This document shows positions 27,101 through 37,299 of a stretch of DNA of 64,000 bases, in pieces. The notes under the pieces are model-generated. The model was not told the origin of the DNA, ran no database searches, and saw nothing but the letters and a program-made list of their open reading frames with translations. Position numbers and translations under genes: made by a program. The stretch spans positions 1 to 64,000 of the IMG/VR virus record IMGVR_UViG_3300025949_000022; one strand, written 5' to 3'. This DNA comes from a virus. Position 1 is the stretch's first letter; each line of letters starts with the position of its first letter.

Positions 27101-29176
27101 GGCTTTTCTTTTGTCGGCAGATGACATGCCTAAATCAATACGCGCGCTTGGGTCGTTCTCTTTAAAGTTTTCCGGTACGATTATACCATGAGTAATAGCG
27201 TCAATAGCTTTTTGCCTTAAAGGGTCAGTAGTTGCTACCGGATTATTTGCAGGTTCTTCATTAACTGGAACATCAGCAACCTTGTTATCTTCTGCGGTAG
27301 GCTGTTCCGGTGTTTGAGCAGGTACTTCCTGATTTGGTTGGGGTTGTTCATTTTTTGATGGGCGTTCTAAGGTTTCAAGGTCGTACCTGTCCTGTGGTAT
27401 TTCTTCCTTGACACCATTAACTGTTTTATAAAATGTTCCTTCATCTTCCTCTGTTCCTTTGGAGTAGGTTGAGCGTTTACCCGTTGCCAGTGTTCGTAGT
27501 TTATCATTAGCCTGGTCAATCTTATTTTGCAATAACTGTTCACCGGGGCTTGGTTCTTCATTAAAGGGCGCGGTTAGCCCGGTACGATATGCCTGTTGTT
27601 CGTCAAGTTGCTTTTGCAGATTGTCACGCCCTATTATTAAGTCAACGGCTTTAGTTGCCTTTTCTTCAGGAAGTCCTTTCGGGATGGATTTTGTTATAGC
27701 CGCTAATTTATCTACATGGTCATTTGTCGCGGCTATTTCTTCCGGCGTCCAACCAACCTGCTGCCCGTTTTCGGATATAAATTGTTTGGTTTTAGCAACA
27801 TTGGCATCCGAACTGTCTTTAATAAGGTTGTCAAGCACTACATTTTTATATTCGCTTAGCGGGGTGAGCTTTGATATATCACCCAAAGAGCCTACCGCGC
27901 CGAATAATGGCGCGGCTTTTAGTGTTTCACCCTCTTGATCGGCTAATGTTCCTAAACTTTCATTGAAAACAGGTTGATCGTTCGCCAAATCAACCCCTTT
28001 TTTTAAGGCAAAGTTTGATACATTGAGTGCCGAAAGGTCGGTGACCGCCTTTTTAGTGTTTTTAAGAAAGTTTACGCCACCTTGTAATGCTTTGTCTCCC
28101 CAATCCTTTGCTCCTTGTTTAAGCAGATCGGTAAAGCCCTCTGCGGTTATGTCTTTCCCAGCTGCTTCTTTAATAGCGTTCATGGTGATGTTTTTTACTA
28201 CATCGTCTTTTAATGAGCTACTAAGTGAATTGAATATACCGTGTCCTAAATCACCCATCAGCAACCCATTAACGCCGCCTGTCCCTAATATGAATGCTGT
28301 TTTAACTACAGGATTGATCTTGGCGCCGTTTTCTTCGGCCTTATCCATTATTTCCTTGCCCTGTCCCATCCCTTGCAGGTATAGTGTTGCGCCGCCAGTT
28401 CCTTCTGCTGCGGCTGCGGCTGGTAAAAACTCTGCCAATCCCCCGAGGTTAGCCATTGTTTTACTTTTCTCAACCTGATTTTCGCTTGTTTTGGACAGGA
28501 AATCAGTTGCTTTATCTGCTGAATTGAATGCCTGATCGAAATCGTGCGTATCCGTTAACCCAAGTCCTCTTTGTGAATTAGCTGTTAATTGAGCAAGGTA
28601 GGCCGCGCCCTTAACAACCTGTAATCCTCCTTTAGTAGCTTTTTGAGCCAAATAGGTTAGTCCGTTCTGTATTTTTCCGGGCAACGTTTGCGCATAAGCA
28701 TAGTCGCCTTGTTGCGATTGTGGCGTTTCGGATATGGTTTCGTTAGCGTGGCTGGCTACGGACTGTTGTGTTTGTTGGGTTAACGCTTTTTGTTCGTCAG
28801 GCGATAGTTGCTTCCAGTAATTCTGCATAGCCGATTGCCCTGATTTAACCCACGGTTCTTGTTGCGGCTGTGTGGGTTGTGCGGGTTCTTGCCCCGGCAT
28901 AAAAACACCTGAACTATGCTGTTGGGTATTTTGGAAAGGATTTAAGCCACTGCCAGATAAGTCCGCACCATTTGGCAAAGCGTTGCCGACTGGACTTTTT
29001 TTTTGACTATAGTCTATCTGGCTGTTATAATCAGGATATTTTGCAACGATCTTTTTTACAAGTTCGGCGTTATCAATGCTTGCATAATCAGGATATTTCG
29101 CCTTTATCTTAGCCGCAAAATCATCTACAGACAATTTAGGCTGTTCCTGTACTGGCGCGTCTGTGATTTCTCCCAT
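24176..29176 (-). CDS. Large internal virion/ejection protein (1666 aa)
   Basis: Position after pilot-like genes; helical and coiled-coil; C-terminal DPRGSDFLKIK motif of large polyvalent-type proteins. Confidence 0.65.
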   Translation of the reverse strand: MGEITDAPVQEQPKLSVDDFAAKIKAKYPDYASIDNAELVKKIVAKYPDYNSQIDYSQKKSPVGNALPNGADLSGSGLNPFQNTQQHSSGVFMPGQEPAQPTQPQQEPWVKSGQSAMQNYWKQLSPDEQKALTQQTQQSVASHANETISETPQSQQGDYAYAQTLPGKIQNGLTYLAQKATKGGLQVVKGAAYLAQLTANSQRGLGLTDTHDFDQAFNSADKATDFLSKTSENQVEKSKTMANLGGLAEFLPAAAAAEGTGGATLYLQGMGQGKEIMDKAEENGAKINPVVKTAFILGTGGVNGLLMGDLGHGIFNSLSSSLKDDVVKNITMNAIKEAAGKDITAEGFTDLLKQGAKDWGDKALQGGVNFLKNTKKAVTDLSALNVSNFALKKGVDLANDQPVFNESLGTLADQEGETLKAAPLFGAVGSLGDISKLTPLSEYKNVVLDNLIKDSSDANVAKTKQFISENGQQVGWTPEEIAATNDHVDKLAAITKSIPKGLPEEKATKAVDLIIGRDNLQKQLDEQQAYRTGLTAPFNEEPSPGEQLLQNKIDQANDKLRTLATGKRSTYSKGTEEDEGTFYKTVNGVKEEIPQDRYDLETLERPSKNEQPQPNQEVPAQTPEQPTAEDNKVADVPVNEEPANNPVATTDPLRQKAIDAITHGIIVPENFKENDPSARIDLGMSSADKRKAVSDISKGNYETAPAKRLLDKVMEMDKNDDYPIIEGLGGSSIRRQGLTSEDIQNHINDAKSNKIGELSPRQIEEHNQAATELGITPEDAKRYEEYQQSGRSDQAGTPEVPTGLVSEPENDTSTGEPQDTGNKTPQREPSDPTGVEPTVSSKKESLREQADKVDITLGDNKGGVRTREIVEAEADAKLKDGYDIHDLVHKIKTEKHVATDTENAILAKYVGAKTDEIIEINKRLQDEGATLSDKTLDELTAKRDAALNDFQDVADANDQTRSDAGRALNSGKFKLNNNYSLENMIVRERDIKGDKLTPEELADVTKKYQSLEQANKDYEQKLKESQAEIARLKAEKAIKRMPRTKAKTHAEFVEERKKIAEDFSNKLKAMRTNGQLNDVVSASAQFLSAAAPYVAKMVTSLAREGITELGEVVRRIKDELELNDISDKDMHDLISGKYNAPATKSELQDKIRILKNEAKLLSQIEDAENGLRKLPEAKKIAANEKIDGLRKRLKELDKENGYYEEQNERATKTQLQKSIEEFQGKIDRKEFDKPEKTLPPEESQEVRDLRRKRDELRYEYELDVARRELDKRSKIEKTKDVLLNVASLPRAIKATLDFSAVLRQGLIPTVAHPMEAIKALKTMFGQTFSEKKYRDWFSDIKTSPQYDLMKQSGLYISEKNNPELLAREEQFTSNLLEKIPVLGKVHQGAERAYTGYLNAIRTGVFVSEAIKLQERGYTFKNNPDAFRDLATVVNVLSGRGSIPDWLGGKQPAILSNLLFSPRFMAARIQTLYLWGDPRLSRSAKVLAAKDIGKTLATAAVILGMAKAAGLSVSTDPRGSDFLKIKDGDTRYDILGGLTQYVVFLSQQITGQKVPAGATKPNSLTSGKFGKPTRFDAAISFLRGKLNPIVGSSANLMAGKDMVGQPYHLWPNVPQEFIPLPATDLYDAYKVGGITNSLKVLIPSQFGIGVSSFTNKKAKPKTEQRAL

Positions 29177-29182
29177 TGTAAT

Positions 29183-30667
29183 TTAATTAAATATCCCTAA
29201 AGGGTCTTTATGCTTTGGTTGTGCCTGTTGCCCGTTAACTACGGGAAGATGTTTTTTACCCCCTAATGTTTGTAAGGATGATATGTCTACCTTTTCGCCT
29301 GTTAGCTGATTAGTTAACTCGTTAAGTTTTATGTTAGCGTTAGGGTCTTTAGGGTTAATCCAAACGGTATGTGCGGGTGAAACTTCTGTCCAGCTATTTG
29401 TAGAAGCATCCCACTTTTGTTTTGCAGGCACGCCGAAACCAATTTGCCCCGCAAGGTTACCTTTCCCTTTATTTATCAGAAGCGGCCCATCATAAGTGGG
29501 ATCAGCGGCTATTTTTGCTTTTAGCTCTTCCCCACTATTCGGCACACCTGTAAGCATATCTGTAATTAACTTTTGGCGGTAAATAGGTTGCGTATTCTTT
29601 TCCTGTTTATCTTTTTGCATCGCCAAACGCTGCTCTGCTAAACTTAAATTGGCTTCGGATAATGCTAATCTTTCATCACTTGTGTTTCTTAGTTTCTCCT
29701 GTCCTATGTTCGCATCAAGCCTATTAGCGAAGTCGGTATAAACCTTACCATACCCAGCATTTTGACGTTGTACTAATTCTGTCAGTTTGTCTTTTGCGTG
29801 GGGGTCTAATGGGTCAATCCCTGCGGCCTGTAATGTGGCAGCATAATGGGGTTGATTGGCATTTTGTATAATATGGTCGGCGATAGCATTTACTGTCGGC
29901 GCATCGGTTGGGTATATTACGCCCCCATGCCCATTTGGTTGTCCGCCAATATCACCTACATGGGGGTCAATGCCATTTTGCTGTAACATAGGTGCAAATT
30001 CAGGCTGCGACAATACTGTACGTGCCTGCGCTATATGTGCCCCCCTGTCGGGTGCTGTAATATTATAACCGTTAACCGTCTCCTTTTTAGCTACAGCATG
30101 GCCTAATTTTATCGCATCGTTCATGTCCAGGTTCCGTTCTATTAAATCAGGCGGCGGCGCGTAAAGGTTTCCTACGGGGTCTTTCTGATATTGCGTAAGC
30201 CAGTCTATACCCGCTTGTTTGCTTTCGGGGGTATAGTTTTTGCTTTTATCAGCTATCTGTGTAGCATAGGCAGTATGCCGTAAATTAGCTTCATGCGTGG
30301 AGTTGGCTACTGTGTTTAAATCGTTTATCCTTTGAACAAACTGTGGCTGTGTAAAAGGGTCTTGCCCTGTTTTTGTATGATAATCAGCCGCATCGTTTAA
30401 AACCTGATCGAATTTAGGTTGCAGCCAGTTGGTGTACTCATTGGCTATTTTTGGCGTTTTCTGCTCATAAAGGTGCTGTGCATATTGCGCATTAGCCTTT
30501 TGTTGTGCTTGTTGTATTGCCGCCGCATCATCCCTGCGTTGCTGTGCCTGCTCGTTGGCAAGTTGCATAAAATATCCTACCGTTCTGCTTTGAGGCAATA
30601 CGTAAGCTAAACCCTGTCCTTGCTGGGATTCATTACCGTCAAATCCACCTATGTCTTGTGCGTCCAT
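29183..30667 (-). CDS. Internal virion/ejection protein
   Basis: Q/A-rich helical; position. Confidence 0.55.
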   Translation of the reverse strand: MDAQDIGGFDGNESQQGQGLAYVLPQSRTVGYFMQLANEQAQQRRDDAAAIQQAQQKANAQYAQHLYEQKTPKIANEYTNWLQPKFDQVLNDAADYHTKTGQDPFTQPQFVQRINDLNTVANSTHEANLRHTAYATQIADKSKNYTPESKQAGIDWLTQYQKDPVGNLYAPPPDLIERNLDMNDAIKLGHAVAKKETVNGYNITAPDRGAHIAQARTVLSQPEFAPMLQQNGIDPHVGDIGGQPNGHGGVIYPTDAPTVNAIADHIIQNANQPHYAATLQAAGIDPLDPHAKDKLTELVQRQNAGYGKVYTDFANRLDANIGQEKLRNTSDERLALSEANLSLAEQRLAMQKDKQEKNTQPIYRQKLITDMLTGVPNSGEELKAKIAADPTYDGPLLINKGKGNLAGQIGFGVPAKQKWDASTNSWTEVSPAHTVWINPKDPNANIKLNELTNQLTGEKVDISSLQTLGGKKHLPVVNGQQAQPKHKDPLGIFN

Positions 30668-30669
30668 TA

Positions 30670-31374
30670 TTAGTAAGGATTAGGTATTTGATAAGGTACA
30701 ACATTGCCTGATACGGGATATGGTGAGGTGTTTTGATAGCCTCCGCCTGCTGCTGATAAGTAAGGATTCCCATTCACCTGTCCCATTGTTTGTACAGTTG
30801 GCGGATTGCTGGTTGCCGCCCCTTTTGCATAACCGATTGCGGCAGAACCGATATCGTCAAGTCCACTATATAAGTTTTGCTGTCCTGCTCCGTACATTGA
30901 AGCGGCGAGGTTTGCAGTCCGTAAATAGGGCTGTAAGGTATTGTTATTATATAATTTACCCCTCCATCCTGCTTGATTTTGTAAAGCGCCCTCGTATTGG
31001 CCTAAAGCACTTTCTTTATACTGTGCCTCCTGTGCGTTTAACTGGTTAGTTGCCGCATTACTTCCCTGTCCGATACGGGTTGCTAAATCCAATATATCGC
31101 CTCCCGATGTTGCGCCTTGTGAACCACGATAAAACTGCGAGGCGGCATTTCTATTAATGTCGTTACGCGCATTAGCATCGCCCGGCATACCGTTCGTATA
31201 ATTACGTGCGGCCAAATCTGTTCCCAACTGAACTTCGGCAGGCATTTCTTCAGGCGTAAAAATATTATTCTTAGCCATACGTTTTGCATCTGCGGCTTGG
31301 TTAGCGCCTTTGATAGCCTTATAAGCTCCTAACCCTGCTGAAACTACTGCTGCTCCGGCGAATACGAATGCCAT
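30670..31374 (-). CDS. Internal virion (pilot-like) protein
   Basis: MAFVFAGAAVVSAGLGAY Gly/Ala-rich N-terminus. Confidence 0.65.
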   Translation of the reverse strand: MAFVFAGAAVVSAGLGAYKAIKGANQAADAKRMAKNNIFTPEEMPAEVQLGTDLAARNYTNGMPGDANARNDINRNAASQFYRGSQGATSGGDILDLATRIGQGSNAATNQLNAQEAQYKESALGQYEGALQNQAGWRGKLYNNNTLQPYLRTANLAASMYGAGQQNLYSGLDDIGSAAIGYAKGAATSNPPTVQTMGQVNGNPYLSAAGGGYQNTSPYPVSGNVVPYQIPNPY

Positions 31375-31826
31375 AACTCCTCCTGTTTTTTATCTCCCAA
31401 AAATGGGTTTTCTCTTTTTTCTATAATATCTTCCTCTACTAAATCGGCAGCTTTTTCTATAGCCTCCGGCGTGTCGTTTTCAGGCATCCTTTCGGTAGGG
31501 TGAAATGTGATTAGCATCGTGTCTGTTATCGTCCTGAAAACACGTCTCGTCCCCGGTTCTGTTACCCCTCTTTTATATCCGATTACACGTTCCCATCCTT
31601 TGCCTTTTAAGTAAATATCAACAACCCCAAACGCGATAACATATTGGTGTTGCGTCTTGTGGCATTTACTGCTAATTTCTACCCCGGCAGGCATAAATAA
31701 TTGACGTGAATAAAGCCCTTTAGTGAACTCATGCACCACCGGCAAGTCTATCTGTGGTCGCGAAGCAATCTCTGCCTGCACCATGTCTAAAACTTCGTCT
31801 TCAGTATATGTTCTTTCTGTTGCCAT
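31344..31826 (-). CDS. Cupin-like tail assembly protein
   Basis: VHEFTKGLYSRQLFMPAG...SKCHKTQH...PGTRR. Confidence 0.7.
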   Translation of the reverse strand: MATERTYTEDEVLDMVQAEIASRPQIDLPVVHEFTKGLYSRQLFMPAGVEISSKCHKTQHQYVIAFGVVDIYLKGKGWERVIGYKRGVTEPGTRRVFRTITDTMLITFHPTERMPENDTPEAIEKAADLVEEDIIEKRENPFLGDKKQEELWHSYSPEQQ

Positions 31827-31845
31827 TAGTCCCTAAAGTTATACA

Positions 31846-32301
31846 TTATTTACCACTTTTTATTTTTGCAATTGCCGCATCATAAGCATTTAAATTTGTT
31901 CCGTAACTGGTTTGATTTAATTGCGCTACAGGGTATTTATGCGATGATGTTTTACTGCCTAACCACCCATCGGCAGGGGATAAGTCCGGCATGATATCCT
32001 CCTCGGTTTTTGCATCAGGAACCACGGCAGGATTAGCTTTCCATTTGTTGACTAATTGCGCCCTGTAATCAAGTAAATCTTTCTGCACCTGTGGCACTTG
32101 GTCGTATGTTAATGTAAAGTGCGGATTCTGCGCTTTGTAGCTGTCAAACATCTGCTGACTTAACTTCGTATCGCGGTTATCCAGTGCCGGATTGCCTTTC
32201 ATTCCTTTAGCCTGAAGATAGTCAATGTATGCGTTCCACTGCGCCCGCTGTTCGGTCGTTAATGGGTGTGATTGCATGGCCGCTGCTTTTACATAAGTCA
32301 T
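31846..32301 (-). CDS. Hypothetical virion protein
   Basis: In structural operon; N-terminus MTYVKAA. Confidence 0.55.
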   Translation of the reverse strand: MTYVKAAAMQSHPLTTEQRAQWNAYIDYLQAKGMKGNPALDNRDTKLSQQMFDSYKAQNPHFTLTYDQVPQVQKDLLDYRAQLVNKWKANPAVVPDAKTEEDIMPDLSPADGWLGSKTSSHKYPVAQLNQTSYGTNLNAYDAAIAKIKSGK

Positions 32302-32302
32302 A

Positions 32303-33226
32303 TCATAAACTCCTTTCTGTATCTATAAAATATGTCTCGATTGAACTGATTTCCGCGTAAGTAATGTCATCGCATTGCAGATCCACAATTAGCCAGCCCC
32401 CCTGCATCTTTCTGCCACCAAATAATGCACTCAAACGTCTTTGTACGGGATCGCTTATTGTCGCAAAATTGGGATCGTTGACATCAGATAAAATATCGCT
32501 CCAGAGCTTGTTATCAATTAGTTTAAAATTCTTGGCTTTTAATTCTGTTAACATTCCATTTGGGAACTGGCTGCTTGGCGCTGTTTGTATTGAGGGCATA
32601 TACCAATTGCCTACTGCATCTAATCTAAAGTTGTAGAATATCTTTTCCTTTTGGTACTCTGCGTTAACGATTAAAGTTATTTTAGGTGAATACTGTACTC
32701 CGTAAAGATTCCCTTGAATTGGATTAGTATTATGAACCCACAATGCCCCGTCTTTCCAACTTATCAGGCTGTCGATAAACTTGGTCATCGTATCGTTTTC
32801 GTACTCATAGTCAGAAGCCCATTTATTCGCTTTGTCAAAGAATGATATTACCTGTGCCGATTGCGGGCCTGTCAATAAATCATAAAACGATAATGCGCTA
32901 ATGCGCAAATTGCCGTCTGAAAAGAACTTTAAAACAGTGGTGCCTGTAAGCGTTATTGTTTCTGTAAAAGTTCCGTTAGTTGTCCTGTTCGTTCCTGTTA
33001 CCGTGCCGGCATATAATTGCACACCACCGCTTGTTAATTGGTCTACCGTAAATGAAAAAACATATTGCCTGCCTATAACTAATCCAAAATTTGTCAGTCC
33101 AATAATAAAACCACTATTACAAGCGGAGTGAACCGCATACTTACCGCTTATCTCCCAGCCCGTATCGGTCGCCGCCACCGGCGCGTTTACATATCCTGTT
33201 GTATTTTGAACTATTGTAAGTGCCAT
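32303..33226 (-). CDS. Tail muzzle/stabilization protein, C-terminal part with extra N-terminal beta domain
   Basis: Start re-called to MALTIVQ (TAATG overlap); VISFFDKANKWAS...WKDGALWVHN...LYGVQY. Confidence 0.6.
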   Translation of the reverse strand: MALTIVQNTTGYVNAPVAATDTGWEISGKYAVHSACNSGFIIGLTNFGLVIGRQYVFSFTVDQLTSGGVQLYAGTVTGTNRTTNGTFTETITLTGTTVLKFFSDGNLRISALSFYDLLTGPQSAQVISFFDKANKWASDYEYENDTMTKFIDSLISWKDGALWVHNTNPIQGNLYGVQYSPKITLIVNAEYQKEKIFYNFRLDAVGNWYMPSIQTAPSSQFPNGMLTELKAKNFKLIDNKLWSDILSDVNDPNFATISDPVQRRLSALFGGRKMQGGWLIVDLQCDDITYAEISSIETYFIDTERSL

Positions 33227-36200
33227 TATGGGTTTATGTTTATGGTAAATACATGATTGGCGCTCATATCTACGCCAGTAAAGGTAATATACCCTGCAGT
33301 CATGCCTCCTGTCCATACACCAGCTATCGGGCCATACGCGGATGCGGTCAATGCCGAACTGGACGGCATATAACCGTTGCCCACATAGAATATCACGGTA
33401 GACGCTGCGGTTCCTGCTGCGGTATTATCGGTTACATTGCCCAACGGCGGAATATTTATAGATTGCGGATAATTCGTGCCATCAATTTGAATTGACGGCG
33501 ATTGTATACCCTTAATAGTGCTATTATTGATAATATTGAAAGTATTTGCAGGCGCTGGTATCGTGCATGCTCCTGTGTTTAATATTGTAGGGATATAATT
33601 AGTATTTACCACCCTGTTTGTTAATGTGGCCCATACTCCACCTATTTTTTTGTATAGAATATCAGATAGTCCATTATACCATATATCGCCGTCGCTTCCA
33701 CCGCTTGGGGACACGTCCGTATTTGGATTTGACGTAATTGTAGCGGTGTTCTGAACAATAGCATCGGGCGAAATATTCCGAATATTCGGCATTATTCGAC
33801 CTGTCAGTGCGCCGGTTGTCAGGTTTTTTTCATCGATTATATTCCATCCTTGTTGCCCCGTATTAGCGCCGCCAATCGTTTCGCAATAATTTGTAGTGGC
33901 ATCTATTACCCATGTTAAAATCGGGTCAGGCGCTTTGATAATATTGAAACAGAGCTTAATTACCGGTGTAAGCCCCGCGCCTGCGGGTAACGTCCCCTGA
34001 AACGTAAAGAAGTCTGCACCAACCGTGCTTGTTCCCGTAATTTGTATTTGATTGGCTACTACGGTAGCCGTGCTGTGTGCGGGTTGTGCTACGATAGCCC
34101 ATGTTGTGCCGCCGGGGTATAATGCCAAAGTAGTTTGCCAGTCGTTTGTATAAAAGTCACCATTAAAAATGTAGTCTATGTAAGATGGAATTGCCCATAA
34201 ATCTTCGCCGTTAAGCCTGTCGCTCGCACCGGTAATCTTTACGTTATTCCTTGCTACTTTGGTTAAAATCGCCCGCGCTTTTTTATCAAAAAGATATAGT
34301 TCTGAAATGGGTATAGAGCCATCCTGCGCTATCCTGATAAAAACCCCTGAATTTGCCGAAGCAAACTTTTGATACGATCCGTCATCAAGCCAGCTTTCAG
34401 GGTTATTACCTATCCCGCCTTCCCATGATGAGTATTGAAGTTCATTAAGTAACTCGCTGGAGGTAGTTAGTAAACTGTTACCCGAATTATCCTGTATTAG
34501 CCTTTTATTTACGGGTGTCCATGTTGTTTTTAAGGGCTTAAAGATAAATAGATAATCCCCTCGCATCCGTGTAAGCGTTATTGCACCGTACTGATCGTTG
34601 TAATCTTTTCTGTCAAGGTTGTCAAAGTTATTCAACCCGTTTATACGTGTACCCTGAATATAGTTTTTTGAGAACCTTACCCGCTGTGTAAATAATACCT
34701 CTCCAAATCCCTGATCCTGCGGATATACCCGTCCTGTTCCATAAAGGTTTGAGATATAGAAATCGGAGAAGTTCGGGTCGCATATTTGATCTATAATAAC
34801 CTGTGGATTCGGGTTTTGATTATTGGTCGGCATCGCCCTGTTGCGCACATACGCATCACCTTGCGAGATTTGTACGATACAAGGGGTAGTAACAGGGTTT
34901 AATGGGTCTTGGGTTTGTATATTGCCTACATACGCCCCGTTGGTAATTGGGTATTTCTGCTGAAAGTCTGAAAAGTTCAGGTAACCCACATTTCCGATGT
35001 TTTGCTCAGGGCGGTATATTTCAACTAAAATCTGTACGCCAGCAGGGAATGAATAAGTACTCGGCGGGTTTTTGATACGCACTATTCCGCGTGTATCCCT
35101 GAATGAATAATTAGGATATATGGTTGCCGCGCCTGTGCCACCAGCGTAGTTTACATTCGGCTGTAAGGGAAAATCCAGCACATACGATCCGCCTGATACG
35201 CCTGTTATTAATCTTTGAACATCATTGATAATAATATATTTACCTACGTGGTCTAAATCAGGGCCTTTGTCCGGTGTAACATTATTGCTTGCTGGGAAGG
35301 GAACGGTAATGTTTGCCGCCACAAGTTCTATAACATCGTCCGAATAGCTTAATACCTCTGTTTCGTAATAAGGGGTATATAGTGTCGCTGGTACCGTTGA
35401 TTCATTGGATATCAGCCGTAGCCTGTCCCCTTTTTTAAACTCGTATTTAAGTATAGCATCGGGATGAATAAGTTGATAAGTGAATAAGCTGCCTACGATC
35501 AAATCAAGGTAGGTATCTTCATTAGCAACCTCAACCACGTTAACTTGCTGGATTAATAATTGAATAAACGTAGCCGTGTCGTTCGTCCTTACAATAGAAT
35601 AATATTTAGCCCATGACGGCGGTAAAGAGGTAATGGTAAGGGTATGTATGGGTTGCTGTAATCCTATTGGCGTTATTCCATCAGCGCCGTATTCTGTTTG
35701 AAAAGGCGTCCTGATAAGAAACGAATCGGTTGTGTACGCATTTGAAGTTACGCCGTCATCGTCATAAAAGATAATGCCGTACTTTTCAGTAGCGCCCATC
35801 TTTTTAGTATTTATAGATAGCCCATTATCCAATAAAGTGGAATAATTTACAGCGGTTACATTTGTGCTAAATACTATTGCATTATGCCCCTCATGGGCCT
35901 CTATGGTAAAATCCCATGATGCATTGCCACCTGCTCCGCTTTCCCCGCTAACCGCGCCTGTGCCAACCGCATCAATAGTTCTAAGCCATTGTTTAATGCG
36001 GGATGCTACTGTGCTGGCGGTATCTGAATTTGTTGCAGTATATGAAAAGGGCGAAACGCCGTTTCCTCCGGTTGCGCTGATATAAAATACATTCCCTTTT
36101 TTAACATCAGAACCTACTAAAAAGTGTGTAACAGTTGTCCACCACGAGTTAAATAACCCGCCGCTTTCTGTTGAACTTGTTAACGATGAAGTAAAAGCAG

Positions 36201-37296
36201 GCGAATTAAGCTGGCTTACTGTCCCCGGTGGCAGGTAAAAAGGTTTAAAGGTACAAACTACGCTTCCCGTTATCGAAACTACCGGAAACCCCTCTGTAAA
36301 GTGACTATACGCAATTGCCCTGTTAAGGAACGACTGACATTTTGGATTTTTTGGCAGATAGGAATAAGGTCGTGCTACTTCTGCCTGATCTACCGTAACC
36401 AATGGGCCGTCATTATAAAAAGTGTAAACATACGTGCCATAATCCGCTATGCCGACATCTGCCTTGTTCAATACAATAGCACTTGCCCAGTCATCCTGGT
36501 TAATTTTTACAAGCAATTCAATTTTAGTAACGTCCCTGCTTCCTGTCTCTACTGTCCATTCTATTGCGTTATTGTTGAACGAGATATTGCCCAATCCCAA
36601 ATAACTTTCATTTGGCGGGAGTGGAACATCGCTATAGGGCGAACAGTCGCTTTGCTCATTATCGTAATAATAAAAGCGGTAACACATCTTTATCTGTATG
36701 CCGTACAGATAATTACTACTCTTGGTTATATCTGTGATAAAGTTCCACGTTGGGCTATGTACCGGAGCTTGCTTGTATGCCGTTATTAAATCCTCTGTAA
36801 TCACCGTTCCGTATCCAGTGGCTGTCTTATCTATGCAGCGTAATATATTCGTTTTACGGGCTTTATTTAGGCCGTCAGCCCAATATAAAAGGTCATCTTG
36901 TATTACGTCTGCGTGATAAATAGGGTAATCAGGATCAAATTTTAAAATATCGACAGAATTGGTATCTGTGAGATTTAAAAGTACCTGTGTTATGGTTTGT
37001 GACTGAATATTAAAAAAATAAATCCCGTGTGAACCGTTGCTATTCCAGTTGAAAAAATAAAGGTTCCCTCTCTCCTCGTTAGATGCGTAACCAATACACT
37101 TGTTAGTTCCGGCAGGAAGTGTATTAAGGATTTGGGTATTGCCCATTATAGAAGTAGCCACGCCACGCCGTCCCGAACCAAACACGCGCATATTAGTCAT
37201 GCTGCGCACGCTGGTTGGCTTTACGTACTGATCGGAAGTGTCTACATCAACGCTATCTGTAAATGTATTTGTGGCTATTTTCTTTTCCTGTGCCAT
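33226..37296 (-). CDS. Tail muzzle/stabilization protein, main part
   Basis: NKCIG, LLYWADGLNKARK, YRFYYYDNEQS, beta-propeller-like; position after ring proteins. Confidence 0.75.
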   Translation of the reverse strand: MAQEKKIATNTFTDSVDVDTSDQYVKPTSVRSMTNMRVFGSGRRGVATSIMGNTQILNTLPAGTNKCIGYASNEERGNLYFFNWNSNGSHGIYFFNIQSQTITQVLLNLTDTNSVDILKFDPDYPIYHADVIQDDLLYWADGLNKARKTNILRCIDKTATGYGTVITEDLITAYKQAPVHSPTWNFITDITKSSNYLYGIQIKMCYRFYYYDNEQSDCSPYSDVPLPPNESYLGLGNISFNNNAIEWTVETGSRDVTKIELLVKINQDDWASAIVLNKADVGIADYGTYVYTFYNDGPLVTVDQAEVARPYSYLPKNPKCQSFLNRAIAYSHFTEGFPVVSITGSVVCTFKPFYLPPGTVSQLNSPAFTSSLTSSTESGGLFNSWWTTVTHFLVGSDVKKGNVFYISATGGNGVSPFSYTATNSDTASTVASRIKQWLRTIDAVGTGAVSGESGAGGNASWDFTIEAHEGHNAIVFSTNVTAVNYSTLLDNGLSINTKKMGATEKYGIIFYDDDGVTSNAYTTDSFLIRTPFQTEYGADGITPIGLQQPIHTLTITSLPPSWAKYYSIVRTNDTATFIQLLIQQVNVVEVANEDTYLDLIVGSLFTYQLIHPDAILKYEFKKGDRLRLISNESTVPATLYTPYYETEVLSYSDDVIELVAANITVPFPASNNVTPDKGPDLDHVGKYIIINDVQRLITGVSGGSYVLDFPLQPNVNYAGGTGAATIYPNYSFRDTRGIVRIKNPPSTYSFPAGVQILVEIYRPEQNIGNVGYLNFSDFQQKYPITNGAYVGNIQTQDPLNPVTTPCIVQISQGDAYVRNRAMPTNNQNPNPQVIIDQICDPNFSDFYISNLYGTGRVYPQDQGFGEVLFTQRVRFSKNYIQGTRINGLNNFDNLDRKDYNDQYGAITLTRMRGDYLFIFKPLKTTWTPVNKRLIQDNSGNSLLTTSSELLNELQYSSWEGGIGNNPESWLDDGSYQKFASANSGVFIRIAQDGSIPISELYLFDKKARAILTKVARNNVKITGASDRLNGEDLWAIPSYIDYIFNGDFYTNDWQTTLALYPGGTTWAIVAQPAHSTATVVANQIQITGTSTVGADFFTFQGTLPAGAGLTPVIKLCFNIIKAPDPILTWVIDATTNYCETIGGANTGQQGWNIIDEKNLTTGALTGRIMPNIRNISPDAIVQNTATITSNPNTDVSPSGGSDGDIWYNGLSDILYKKIGGVWATLTNRVVNTNYIPTILNTGACTIPAPANTFNIINNSTIKGIQSPSIQIDGTNYPQSINIPPLGNVTDNTAAGTAASTVIFYVGNGYMPSSSALTASAYGPIAGVWTGGMTAGYITFTGVDMSANHVFTININP

Positions 37297-37299
37297 AGC

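Noticed and set aside
24176-29176. crAss-type virion RNA polymerase
   Set aside because: No DxDxD/DFDID-type catalytic motif found; host-type promoters are abundant
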